Positions 11,156 to 20,117 are shown, counted from the first letter of the stretch. The stretch is DNA of 64,000 nucleotides from Candidatus Omnitrophota bacterium (GCA_002753465.1 PEAF01000002.1:10942-74941), one strand, 5' to 3'. Notes: generated by a model from the sequence alone, not told the origin. Numbers and translations are program-made.

Positions 11156-12520
11156 TTAGAGGCTAGCGTTAACGACTTCACCTTTTAGCTGATGGGGCGT
11201 CCCCTTGGTGATCCTGACATTAACAGTGTCCCCTATTTTCAAAATCATGTCAGGAACCGGCGTTAAAAGAACAATTTTATTGGCATCATTACGCCCGTAG
11301 ATCGACCCGCCTTTTTCTTTCTCCATAGATTCGATCAGAACAGGTTGAACCTGACCTACCAGCGCCTTGTTCTTTTCCAAGGATATCCCTGTTTGAAGTG
11401 TATTGATCCTGACAATGCGCCGTGTCTTAACATTTTCAGGTACATCATCAGTCATTTTTCGGGAAGCTTCTGTATTAGGACGGACAGAATATTTGAACAT
11501 GAACGCCGTATCAAATCTGACCGCCTCCATCACGCGCACCGTATCCTCAAACTCGGCATCAGTCTCTGTCGGAAAGCCAACGATCACATCCGTTGACAAT
11601 GCCATAGCAGGGCAAGCCTTACGGAGTTTGTCGACGAGGCCTTTAAAATCAGCCTGCGTATAGTTACGATTCATGACAGACAATACTCTGTCATTACCTG
11701 CCTGCAGGGGCAAATGCACCTGCTTGCAAACCTTAGGGTTCTGTGCCAGGACCTTGATCAGACTCTCAGGAAAATCTTTAGGGTGCGGTGAGGTAAATCG
11801 GATGCGATCAACGCCATCGACCCTGGATACTTGATCGACAAGGAACGCAAAATCATGCCCGTCATGTGCATACGAATTTACATTCTGCCCCAACAATGTC
11901 ACCTGCTTAAACCCTTCACCCGCCAGGCGTCTGACCTCATCGAGAATACTATCAACAGAACGGCTACGCTCCCGGCCACGTGTAAAAGGAACAATACAGA
12001 ACGAGCAGAAATTATTACACCCGCGCATCACGGCCACCCAGGCGTTCACGCCGGCAGTCCTGGTCGGATAAACATCAGCATAGGTTTCAAACTCTGACAA
12101 AGTAACATCATACCCGGTAGCATCGGTATCATGAAGGTTTTGCAGGATTTGAGGAAGGCGCTTGTAGCTGTCCGGGCCAACTACAAAATCAAGCGCCAGA
12201 TGTTTGTTATCTATGAGCTCTTTACGTAACCCTGTCGCCATACACCCGAGTATCCCAATCAAAACAGGCTTTCCTTGACGGCGATGGCGCATATCATGAA
12301 TATGTCCATAAACCTTGCGATGGGCATTCTCACGCACCGAACATGTATTAAGCATAATAATGTCAGCCTGAAGATCGTCATCAACAAAGAAATACCCGGC
12401 CTCGAGCAAGATAGCGCGCACAAGCTCCGTATCATACTCATTCATCTGACAACCGAAAGTAATGAGCGCGATACGCTTTCCGGTTTTGTCGCAACTATCT
12501 GGTCTTGCTTCACTTGGCAC
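11156..12520 (-). CDS. miaB: tRNA methylthiotransferase MiaB with an element-supplied N-terminus
   Basis: TFGCQMN, NTCSVRENA, CNNFCSFC radical SAM motif and TRAM domain; the first ~22 codons lie inside the recombinase gene, with a GTG start after GAAGGGGTG. Confidence 0.93.
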   Translation of the reverse strand: MPSEARPDSCDKTGKRIALITFGCQMNEYDTELVRAILLEAGYFFVDDDLQADIIMLNTCSVRENAHRKVYGHIHDMRHRRQGKPVLIGILGCMATGLRKELIDNKHLALDFVVGPDSYKRLPQILQNLHDTDATGYDVTLSEFETYADVYPTRTAGVNAWVAVMRGCNNFCSFCIVPFTRGRERSRSVDSILDEVRRLAGEGFKQVTLLGQNVNSYAHDGHDFAFLVDQVSRVDGVDRIRFTSPHPKDFPESLIKVLAQNPKVCKQVHLPLQAGNDRVLSVMNRNYTQADFKGLVDKLRKACPAMALSTDVIVGFPTETDAEFEDTVRVMEAVRFDTAFMFKYSVRPNTEASRKMTDDVPENVKTRRIVRINTLQTGISLEKNKALVGQVQPVLIESMEKEKGGSIYGRNDANKIVLLTPVPDMILKIGDTVNVRITKGTPHQLKGEVVNASL

Positions 12521-14103
12521 TTTACAGCCACCCCTTCGAATAAACTTTTAAACGGCTGATACAAATCAAACTTCGTAATCCGTCCACCCTCAACGCTGAT
12601 GGACCTGAATAATAGCTTAATAAGTCCCTTTTTTCCAGCCATATCAAGATCTTCATTGATAGACTCAAAATGGTTCGCCACAGACTGGAGTAATTTGAGA
12701 TACTCCGTACTCCTTTCCTTCTCGATCATACTCAATTCATGCCTTCTGATCCTGGATCTGATGTCATTCTCTGCATGCCTTAATGGCATTATCTGATTCT
12801 TATACGCCTCTTTGGCCAGCAAACCCTCGGAGAAGATCCCGCTTAGCTTCTCTTGTCTTGAAATATTGGTACCAAGCTCGACCTTTAACTTGGCTACCCC
12901 ATCCCTGACATCTTCAGTGTAAGCTTTGGTCGCCTGCTTCAGCAACCCTTCCAGCCTGGTATCGCTAATGTCTTCCATAAAGATTAATCTGAGAACTTCA
13001 CAAATAAAACTTTCTGCCTCATCAGCCCTGACATAGCCATTCCCGCACTTCGCATTATGTTTAGCATTCCCGCAACAACGATAGTACCTTCTTTTTTCCA
13101 ATGTCTTTCGCTTTCCACCTAAGGCCGGATCTTTCTTGCTCCTCTTGGACGCAGCTAAACAGCCCTGAAAGCGAAGCCCACATACCCCACAGATCAACAA
13201 ACCAGACAATAAATAGTCCTGATTCCCCTGGCGTGTTAAGACGCCATTTCTGTTCAACGAAAGTCGTTTCTGAACAGTATCAAAATCATCCTTATGGATA
13301 ATTCGTTCATGCTCGCTATCGCCATAAATGAACTTCGACGGGTCATTCTTAACAAATTTAAAACCCTTCAGCGTCTTCTTCGTCTTGTCGTATCTTCTTC
13401 GATTCCATACAAGCCTCCCGAGATAAACCGGATTCTTCAAAATGTCACAGACAAGCTTAGTATGAAACATGCCCCCGCTTCTGGTCTTATAGCCCTTCTT
13501 ATACAGATATCCTGCGATCTGTCCGGTACTGCTTCCCGACTGATACATGAGGTAAATTGTTTTAACTACGGCGGCTTCCTCAGGAACCACCTCCAAGATT
13601 TTCTTTTCCTTATTATAATGGTAGCCGTACGGATAATACCGAGAGCCTTGCCAGTGTCCTCTCTGCACTCCCTTTATCATCCCGGGAAGAATTCTCTCCT
13701 TCAGCCGATTCCTTTCAAACTCGGCAAAGGTCCCTAGAAGCTGGAACATCAGCTTGCCGGATGAATTTGTTGTATCGAAAAACTCCGTAGCTGATTTGAA
13801 CCCAATGCCTGCCAGTTCGAGATCCTCGACCAAAGTAACAACATCCTTCAGTTTCCTTGAGAATCTGTCCAGCTTATAGACCAGAATGAAATCGAACTTC
13901 TTCTTTTTGGCATCCGCAAGAAGCCGTCTTAATGCAGGACGATCTAATGAATAGCCACTTATCCCGTCGTCTTCATAAACATTAAATACCTCATGACCTT
14001 CCTGCTTGGCATACTTGAGCAAGAATTCCCTCTGAACTTCCATGGAGAATCCTTCTCTTGCCTGATCCTCCGTCGAAACTCTTGTATAAATGGCAACTTT
14101 CAT
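12442..14103 (-). CDS. Large serine recombinase (resolvase, recombinase and Zn-ribbon domains)
   Basis: YTRVSTEDQ catalytic motif, DRFSR, AEFER, PYGY, NPVYLG, LLSGLLICGVCG, YYRC and a coiled coil. Confidence 0.96.
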   Translation of the reverse strand: MKVAIYTRVSTEDQAREGFSMEVQREFLLKYAKQEGHEVFNVYEDDGISGYSLDRPALRRLLADAKKKKFDFILVYKLDRFSRKLKDVVTLVEDLELAGIGFKSATEFFDTTNSSGKLMFQLLGTFAEFERNRLKERILPGMIKGVQRGHWQGSRYYPYGYHYNKEKKILEVVPEEAAVVKTIYLMYQSGSSTGQIAGYLYKKGYKTRSGGMFHTKLVCDILKNPVYLGRLVWNRRRYDKTKKTLKGFKFVKNDPSKFIYGDSEHERIIHKDDFDTVQKRLSLNRNGVLTRQGNQDYLLSGLLICGVCGLRFQGCLAASKRSKKDPALGGKRKTLEKRRYYRCCGNAKHNAKCGNGYVRADEAESFICEVLRLIFMEDISDTRLEGLLKQATKAYTEDVRDGVAKLKVELGTNISRQEKLSGIFSEGLLAKEAYKNQIMPLRHAENDIRSRIRRHELSMIEKERSTEYLKLLQSVANHFESINEDLDMAGKKGLIKLLFRSISVEGGRITKFDLYQPFKSLFEGVAVKCQVKQDQIVATKPESVSRSLLSVVR

Positions 14104-14438
14104 AAGCTTACGTGTCCTTTCTCTTGCTTGACATCTTGAATATCCGAATCGGTTTCCTTGCGTTTTTCTAACAGCCGATCAACACGGGCAAGGTCTGCCT
14201 GTAAGATAATCTCCAATACTGCGGATAACCTCACATATTCCTCCCCGTCCTCGTTAATAATACGTTCTTGCCGTTTTCTTGACCTTCTTGCCAAACGCCA
14301 CACACCAACCTTATCCGAGCCATACATATCCTTTGACTCTGACCACTGCTCAAACAGCTTGATCAAATCTGCATCAGGATACTTGTTCGCGTAACCGCTG
14401 AATGCCTCGGCCTGCACCACATAATCTTTTTCGTCCAT
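14100..14438 (-). CDS. Hypothetical protein coupled to the recombinase
   Basis: 112 aa; GGAG RBS; ATGA overlap with the recombinase start. Confidence 0.75.
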   Translation of the reverse strand: MDEKDYVVQAEAFSGYANKYPDADLIKLFEQWSESKDMYGSDKVGVWRLARRSRKRQERIINEDGEEYVRLSAVLEIILQADLARVDRLLEKRKETDSDIQDVKQEKGHVSL

Positions 14439-14514
14439 TTGTTGTTATTAAACTCCACCTTGATCCTTTCGTTTCATTACTGCCGTTACTATGCGCCTTA
14501 TGCGCAAAATTTCA

Positions 14515-15327
14515 TTACACGCATTCCTCAAATGCAAAGCCACCTTCCTTAGATCCGTCCGACCACCAAGCACACTCACGACCCGCTCCATCGGGAAGCT
14601 TAAAGGCGTCAGGATGTTCTCTGCAAATCTCCTTGATCGACCGCAACCTTTTATCCCGTGTCCCCGCCGAGGCCGGCAAGGCTGAGGCCGTGACTTCTAC
14701 GTGTCTTCCTTGTTCGGGTATGCCACTATGCTGCTCGATTCGGATACCCTCCGTGTCTGGCACTCTCTGATCTACTATGTCAGCCGGAGCGCAAGCGAAG
14801 GCAGTGGTAACCAAAGGAGCAACTGCTTCTAAGCGAGCGTCAGCGAGCAATGTGTGATTAAGATCGGATATTTGAAGGTTTTCATTCTTTTGTATACTAT
14901 CTATTGTGTTATGTATTGTGTGTGGCGGTCCTGCCACCGGTAATTGCCCTGCAGGCGCCACTAGTTGAGACCTGAACGCCACTAGCTTATCCGCTTCTTC
15001 AGATGTCATTACTGGTGGCGATCCTGCCACTACCCATTGAGAATATTTCCTGTTCAAGGCATATGAATTGATGTGCCCGTGCCTCATTAAAACAATTCCT
15101 TTCCTCACAAGCGATTTTAGAGCGCCAACTTGCCGCTTCCTTTCCAACCCGGTCATTGACTGAAATTGCGAAATGCTTATCCGATCATGGCTCTTCTGAT
15201 ACCCGTATGTCTTTCTGACCAACGCCATCACGGTTCGCCATTCATTCGGGGTCAACCTCGCTTTCGCCAAATTCTCAAGTGTGGTGCTCGATATCCTCGT
15301 GAAATATTTCTTTTCCTTCTCTTCCAT
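14515..15327 (-). CDS. Phage replication protein O-like initiator
   Basis: N-terminus FTRISSTTLE...RKTYGYQKSHDRISISQF resembles the lambda O family winged helix. Confidence 0.8.
   Translation of the reverse strand: MEEKEKKYFTRISSTTLENLAKARLTPNEWRTVMALVRKTYGYQKSHDRISISQFQSMTGLERKRQVGALKSLVRKGIVLMRHGHINSYALNRKYSQWVVAGSPPVMTSEEADKLVAFRSQLVAPAGQLPVAGPPHTIHNTIDSIQKNENLQISDLNHTLLADARLEAVAPLVTTAFACAPADIVDQRVPDTEGIRIEQHSGIPEQGRHVEVTASALPASAGTRDKRLRSIKEICREHPDAFKLPDGAGRECAWWSDGSKEGGFAFEECV
14922..15030. repeat. Iteron-like repeats inside the rep gene (putative origin)
   Basis: GTGGCG(G/A)TCCTGCCAC at 14922 and 15015; CGCCACTAG at 14956 and 14977; adjacent AT-rich tract at about 14878-14920. Confidence 0.6.
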
Positions 15328-15361
15328 TTTTCTCCATCCTTATCTTGTACCGATTTCCTGT

Positions 15362-15547
15362 TCAGACATCGCCCCGACCCTTGCTCTTCACCCACGAAGC
15401 AACGACGTCGGGATCGAAGCGAACCAGTTTCCCCAGTTTGCTATGGGGGATCTTACCCGTCTCGGCCCACCAGTAAATTGTGGTCCGGCTCACTCCAAGA
15501 CATGCTGCTACCTCGTCGACGTTTAAAAACTTCTTCTCCATACTCAT
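15362..15547 (-). CDS. Excisionase-like helix-turn-helix protein
   Basis: LNVDEVAACLGVSRTTIY...GKIPHSKLGKLVRF; AGGAGG RBS. Confidence 0.88.
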   Translation of the reverse strand: MSMEKKFLNVDEVAACLGVSRTTIYWWAETGKIPHSKLGKLVRFDPDVVASWVKSKGRGDV

Positions 15548-15694
15548 TGTGCTTCCTCCTTCTGGGGACAAAACAGTCCCGCCACGAAGCATAATTGCTC
15601 CGCGTATTAAGTCTTATTTCTTGTTGGGATTTACTAACGATGAATCCGTGGTGTGGGGCAATATGAAGCAGACGTTTCTTTACCCTACAATTGC

Positions 15695-15724
15695 ATTATA
15701 CTACTAAACAGGCACATTCCTCAA
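15695..15724 (-). promoter_or_regulatory. Putative sigma70 promoter for the xis-rep-orf-recombinase-miaB run
   Basis: TTGAGG-N18-TATAAT on the minus strand. Confidence 0.5.
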
Positions 15725-15768
15725 CCACGACTTTGAAATATTTTTTACAGCGACGGAGTATTAACGTT

Positions 15769-15993
15769 CTACCCTCTTGGGAAATGACCTTTATTTGAGC
15801 ATTTATCCCGATCAATCTGCCTTAATCGAGCGTTTTCTCTGAACCCTGAGCAAAACAAAGGGTTAAAGGAAATGCTACCCAAGCGACCAGTGAGTGCTGG
15901 CGGCTTTAAGCATTTCCCCGGAGCCCTTTTACGATAACGATATGGACGATCGCATGCTCTTCCAGTCCTAAAATAACTCCTGTTATTTTCCAT
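15769..15993 (-). CDS. Small basic hypothetical protein
   Basis: GGAGG RBS before the ATG; no recognised motif. Confidence 0.4.
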   Translation of the reverse strand: MENNRSYFRTGRACDRPYRYRKRAPGKCLKPPALTGRLGSISFNPLFCSGFRENARLRQIDRDKCSNKGHFPRG

Positions 15994-16100
15994 TTGATCC
16001 CTCCGATGTTAATCACTCCCTGATAAATGGATCTATTCGCATCTCAGGAGGGCTTAGCGGCCTTGAGAATGCCGCTAAATCCCATGGACACCTTCTACCC

Positions 16101-16847
16101 CTACCATTTCCTGCACAGTTCGCGATAACCGCACCAAGAACAAGTCTGCTTATTCTCACAGGGATACAGGGTCCCCGATTGGATCGCCTTGCTTACAAAT
16201 CCCAGGACCTTCAGGAATCGGCGAATATCATCCTGCGTCCGTGTGGTCGGGATCTGCTGGAGCTTCGGGACCTTGGTCTTGACCATTACGTCAAACCGCA
16301 GTTCCTTTTCCGGCACTCCGAATAGCGTCCGATATGCCAACGCATAGCATGTCAGCTGAATGTCCGATCCAACATCTTCCGGGTTCATGCTTCGTTTTGA
16401 GGTTTTATGATCGATGATCGTACCCTCCACATCCACGAGATCAATGATCCCCTTGAGCGTGTAACTGACGTTCGCAAAAATCAAATTAAACTCATGCTCA
16501 ACGAGCCTCGGCTGAATGGTTGGAGATATCTGGCCATGATAGGCTGTGACCATCTTGACTCCATCATCCTTAACAGTTCCAGCCTTCTCATCCATGTCGA
16601 AGACCGTCTCTTTAACTTCCTGCTCCCATCGATCTGAGAACAGATCCAATACCTTCTCCGCAGGAAGATCCTGCTTACTTGTGATCTTCTGCGAGTAGTT
16701 GGCCTCCAACGCCGAGTGGATTGACTTGCCAAGGGTCAGCGATCCCGTTGGCGGTATCTTCAACCCGTCGATATACCGGAATTGATATTGCAAGGGGCAC
16801 CTGAGGAACATCTTAATCTGTGAGACCGATAAGTGTTTGCTTTCCAT
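16101..16847 (-). CDS. PD-(D/E)XK nuclease family protein (RecB/Cas4-like)
   Basis: LSVSQI..F.RCP, GIIDLVD, IIDHKT, QLTCYA and terminal CSWCGYRELC. Confidence 0.9.
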   Translation of the reverse strand: MESKHLSVSQIKMFLRCPLQYQFRYIDGLKIPPTGSLTLGKSIHSALEANYSQKITSKQDLPAEKVLDLFSDRWEQEVKETVFDMDEKAGTVKDDGVKMVTAYHGQISPTIQPRLVEHEFNLIFANVSYTLKGIIDLVDVEGTIIDHKTSKRSMNPEDVGSDIQLTCYALAYRTLFGVPEKELRFDVMVKTKVPKLQQIPTTRTQDDIRRFLKVLGFVSKAIQSGTLYPCENKQTCSWCGYRELCRKW

Positions 16848-16866
16848 GGGACACACTCCTTTAGTT

Positions 16867-16910
16867 AAAAGAAAGACGGCAGGCCCCCGGTTGCCCGAAG
16901 ACCTGCCGTC
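16867..16910 (-). terminator. Intrinsic terminator-like hairpin
   Basis: GACGGCAGG...CCTGCCGTC stem followed by TTTCTTTT on the minus strand. Confidence 0.65.
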
Positions 16911-16924
16911 CGATTGCTTATGGT

Positions 16925-17344
16925 TTACGCTGTAACAGCCAACATCTCCTCGATCACCTTACTCGCCGAGGCCATGCTCATCTCATTAACTCCTTCGATG
17001 AACTGTCTACGTTCCTTGGCAAGCTTGATGATGAGAGACTTCTGCTTTGGCGAGATCGGAGCCTCTGGATCCTTTGGATGAGGCTTACCATTTCCATTAC
17101 CATTGATAGGCTTCCCATTGCCATTAGCGTGCTTCTTAGGCTCAGGAATGACCACATCCTCCCTATGCGGCTCACCCTGATTACCCGTCGGATTGACCTG
17201 CCTACTAATGGCCCTTTTTGCCATAGAGAACAGCTCGTCCACGACGCCATCAGCTTGCTCCTTTGCAACATCACCGGAAGTTTCAAAACTGACTTGGTAA
17301 CTGTCACCGTTGCTTCTGTAACTGTAATTAGCAAGAATACGCAT
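16925..17344 (-). CDS. Hypothetical protein
   Basis: AGGAGG RBS; NGNG low-complexity linker and a C-terminal SPKQ..LI helical motif. Confidence 0.75.
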   Translation of the reverse strand: MRILANYSYRSNGDSYQVSFETSGDVAKEQADGVVDELFSMAKRAISRQVNPTGNQGEPHREDVVIPEPKKHANGNGKPINGNGNGKPHPKDPEAPISPKQKSLIIKLAKERRQFIEGVNEMSMASASKVIEEMLAVTA

Positions 17345-17389
17345 TTGATCCTCCTTGTTGTTAGAAACTGTTGAGTTTGATTTAGAACA

Positions 17390-17752
17390 TTACGCATGCG
17401 ATTTACATTCACAGCACTCTCCTTTCTGCCACCCCTGGGCTTTTCGAATCAGGTCGACCTCAATGGCCTTCCTGGGTGTAAAAAAGAGATCCCGATCAAT
17501 CTCCAGAAACAGCATCTTGATCTGGTCCAGTTCCTCCAGGCTGAAATAGCCCCATTCGGCCATATCCAGATTGCCGTTTAAGACCACAAAGCCAAAGAAA
17601 GTCTGGCTTGCGGGATCATATTCAGCAGCGTACCAGTCACACCCGCCAATGAAGAAATGAAGATGGATGATCTTCTCCTTCAATGGCACGCTCTCCGTCG
17701 TGTAGAAGGCTGGCAATTGAGCCAGCTCCTGCTTTGTTGGCTTATTCCACAT
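17390..17752 (-). CDS. DUF2958-like protein
   Basis: HFFIGGCDWYAAEYD...FFGFV...AEWGYFSLEEL pattern. Confidence 0.8.
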   Translation of the reverse strand: MWNKPTKQELAQLPAFYTTESVPLKEKIIHLHFFIGGCDWYAAEYDPASQTFFGFVVLNGNLDMAEWGYFSLEELDQIKMLFLEIDRDLFFTPRKAIEVDLIRKAQGWQKGECCECKSHA

Positions 17753-17835
17753 GGTCTGTTCCTTTCTGTTCGCAGACATAAAAAAAGACACCCTCTTGGG
17801 TGCCTGTCTCATGCCTCTGGTTTAGCTGTGACTTC

Positions 17836-17946
17836 TTAGTAGATGTCCTTACTCCACCGCCAGTAACTCAGGAAACTGGACATCCCTCGTCCACTCCTGA
17901 AGCTATGACGGTATGCAAAGTAGATCCTCTTAACAATGTGGTTCAT
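17836..17946 (-). CDS. Small ORF of 36 aa, missed by the ORF track
   Basis: MNHIVKRIYFAYRHSFRSGRGMSSFLSYWRWSKDIY*; ATGA overlap with the spoVG-like stop; AGGAGG upstream. Confidence 0.6.
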   Translation of the reverse strand: MNHIVKRIYFAYRHSFRSGRGMSSFLSYWRWSKDIY

Positions 17947-18209
17947 GCGGCCTCCTTCTGGTAATGATTAACAACCACCGTAGAGAAATCCTCATACGTG
18001 GACGCGTTCTTACACACGACCTGATCGTACCACTGGTTATCTTTACCCTGCTCCTGCGGCATGGAGACGAAGATCCCCTTCTTACCAGCGAGCAGACGCA
18101 CTCCCTTGATAACAAGAACGTCATTAATCGAGACATCTGCGAACGCCTTCAATGATCCGGCGTCCGGTAGACGGTACATCTTCTCGACAGTGAATTTAAC
18201 TTGGCTCAT
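17943..18209 (-). CDS. SpoVG-family nucleic-acid binding protein
   Basis: LKAFADVSINDVLVIKGVRLLAGKKGIFVSMP motif; alternative in-frame start at 18269. Confidence 0.88.
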   Translation of the reverse strand: MSQVKFTVEKMYRLPDAGSLKAFADVSINDVLVIKGVRLLAGKKGIFVSMPQEQGKDNQWYDQVVCKNASTYEDFSTVVVNHYQKEAA

Positions 18210-18292
18210 GACTTCCTCCTTGTTGTTGGTTGCTGAAACAGTTTGAACGGTTTCCTTTGCTTTCCTCATACTCGCCTCCTTGTGATTGGTTA

Positions 18293-18457
18293 TTAGAATT
18301 TCCCGAGATAACAACTTCCACAATCGGTGTTATTGCCTTCGCGCTGACAGACTGAACACACCGGCACCCTGCCTGCGCCTCTCAGGCCTTCACCGAGAAA
18401 CTCCTCCAGGAGTTCGGTCATCGGCCTTTGGTATGCCTGCTCGACTAGGCTCTCCAT
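18293..18457 (-). CDS. Small protein with a CxxC...CxxC putative Zn finger
   Basis: MESLVEQ...CSVC...CGSC; AGGAGG RBS. Confidence 0.6.
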   Translation of the reverse strand: MESLVEQAYQRPMTELLEEFLGEGLRGAGRVPVCSVCQREGNNTDCGSCYLGKF

Positions 18458-18801
18458 ATCTTTCCTCCTTTCTGATACTGGACCATTATTCTTGGGAACA
18501 CAGGTACGCGGCCAAACAGCCGATACCAATCCAACACAACGCCCTTGATGCCTTCTTTTTGGATGTGCCACAAGGCGTACAGTCCAAACACAACAGAAGC
18601 AGCAAGGTTGCATATCCCCACAAAGCTGGCCACACCAGTGAACACAGTTATTAAACCCGAACCAGCGAAGTCCATAACAAACGCCAGCATTGGGTTCGCA
18701 AACATGATGTGCCGAAACTTGAGTGGGAATATTCCCCACAGGCTAATGTGGATCACGCTCATGATGATCGTGACGATAATAAATCCAACAGCGTCGAACA
18801 T
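18445..18801 (-). CDS. Hypothetical membrane protein
   Basis: Three hydrophobic segments; GGAGGTG RBS before MFDAVG. Confidence 0.7.
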   Translation of the reverse strand: MFDAVGFIIVTIIMSVIHISLWGIFPLKFRHIMFANPMLAFVMDFAGSGLITVFTGVASFVGICNLAASVVFGLYALWHIQKEGIKGVVLDWYRLFGRVPVFPRIMVQYQKGGKIWRA

Positions 18802-19013
18802 ACAGATCACCTCCTTTCCATGTTTGATTTTGTTAACGAGTAGACACAAAAAATCCCTTGTCAGTGTCAGAGTGACACCAACAAGGGATGTAATTGAGAC
18901 CCCCCTGGGGCACGAAACGAAGATTATTTCAGACTATATAATGACTAGGAACCTGCAGGAATTTTTTAGAGAAATTTTCGGGGAATAAGAAATTTATAGC
19001 AGCGACGCGCGCA

Positions 19014-19526
19014 CTAGTTAATTAAATTTTCCAGAACTCTTTGAGGGATAAAGCCATCATGCAAGGCCGCTTCAATATAAACAGATTGCTTGGTCGGCAT
19101 TCTGTCTGACTTTGAAGCGACTTCCTTTTTCTGCATCAATTCTGCGAACTTAACGACAGGGAGAGCTGCCACTTTTTTCATCCCATTACCATTGTCGCGC
19201 ATCTTACTTAATAAATCTTGCCTTAAAATCGGCTCAACATCACCCACATCAATATATGATCTCTCCGCCCTTAAATGCGCTTCGTGCAAATCTTCCCATT
19301 GATGCCTTTCGACAACAATGGTCAACGCGGGATTGCACGCATGTGGCTTTGAAGTTAAAGGAAAAAACGGATAAAAGATTAGGGTTGGATGAAAATCTAA
19401 AATCTTTCCTACTAATTTATATTTGCGTTTAACGATTGGGTTATGAGGATCTTTAGACTTGGCGTCTAAATGAATATTTCTAGTTTGGATTCTAGAAATT
19501 AAGTCTTCATCGGAAAGATTACGCAC
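19014..19526 (-). CDS. Putative toxin, possibly PemK/MazF-like
   Basis: Overlaps the Panacea-like gene by 8 nt; FPLTSK and SYIDV segments recall the PemK fold. Confidence 0.55.
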   Translation of the reverse strand: MRNLSDEDLISRIQTRNIHLDAKSKDPHNPIVKRKYKLVGKILDFHPTLIFYPFFPLTSKPHACNPALTIVVERHQWEDLHEAHLRAERSYIDVGDVEPILRQDLLSKMRDNGNGMKKVAALPVVKFAELMQKKEVASKSDRMPTKQSVYIEAALHDGFIPQRVLENLIN

Positions 19527-19989
19527 ATCCTAAATCCAGTTTTTCATTCAAGTGCTCACGTCCGCCTAAGGTTGCGCCGATTCTCACCATTGGGGCTGTT
19601 TGATACGCGATATCAGTGAGCGCTTTGGCGCCGTAGCCTCTTAACTTCTCTAACACTTCATCGATTAACGAATATTCCTCTTCAGAAATCAGTTCAGAAA
19701 CACCCTGCTGATCACCATCAGATTGATAAATTACATATTCATCCCCGGAATAAGCATACTCCGTCTTCGACTTAACGACCCCTTCACTCTGCAAAGCAGT
19801 TAACAAAGTATAAATTTTGTCATCATAAGGTCCATAATAATATCGCACATAGGAAAACTCGGATATGGGCTTCCCTGTCTTTTTAACACTCACCACATCA
19901 ATTAAATAACACAACTTCAGCAAGCTGGTGAGCGAGGCCGTTATGTGCCTTTTGATTATATAGGCTAATAGACTTTTCGTCTTTTCCAT
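19519..19989 (-). CDS. Panacea/SocA (DUF4065)-like antitoxin
   Basis: LLKLCYLID...YVRYYYGPY...LIDEVLEKL..Y.AKAL pattern. Confidence 0.8.
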   Translation of the reverse strand: MEKTKSLLAYIIKRHITASLTSLLKLCYLIDVVSVKKTGKPISEFSYVRYYYGPYDDKIYTLLTALQSEGVVKSKTEYAYSGDEYVIYQSDGDQQGVSELISEEEYSLIDEVLEKLRGYGAKALTDIAYQTAPMVRIGATLGGREHLNEKLDLGCA

Positions 19990-20117
19990 TTGATTTAATG
20001 ATACCTTATTCAACTTTTTAGTAAAGAAGTTACAAATAAATAAACAAAAACACATTATCTCTTGTGGGTCGCCCCGGGAGACAAGCCGTGAGCTGTCTTA
20101 GATTAAATGTGGCAACC

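Noticed and set aside
16101-16847. Cas4-like nuclease as a sign of a CRISPR system
   Set aside because: No repeat-spacer array or other cas gene is visible in the window; solo PD-(D/E)XK genes are common in mobile elements.
18458-18739. Cys-rich N-terminal part of the 148-aa ORF
   Set aside because: It is a shadow frame of the membrane protein gene; the likely start is 18457, which has its own RBS.
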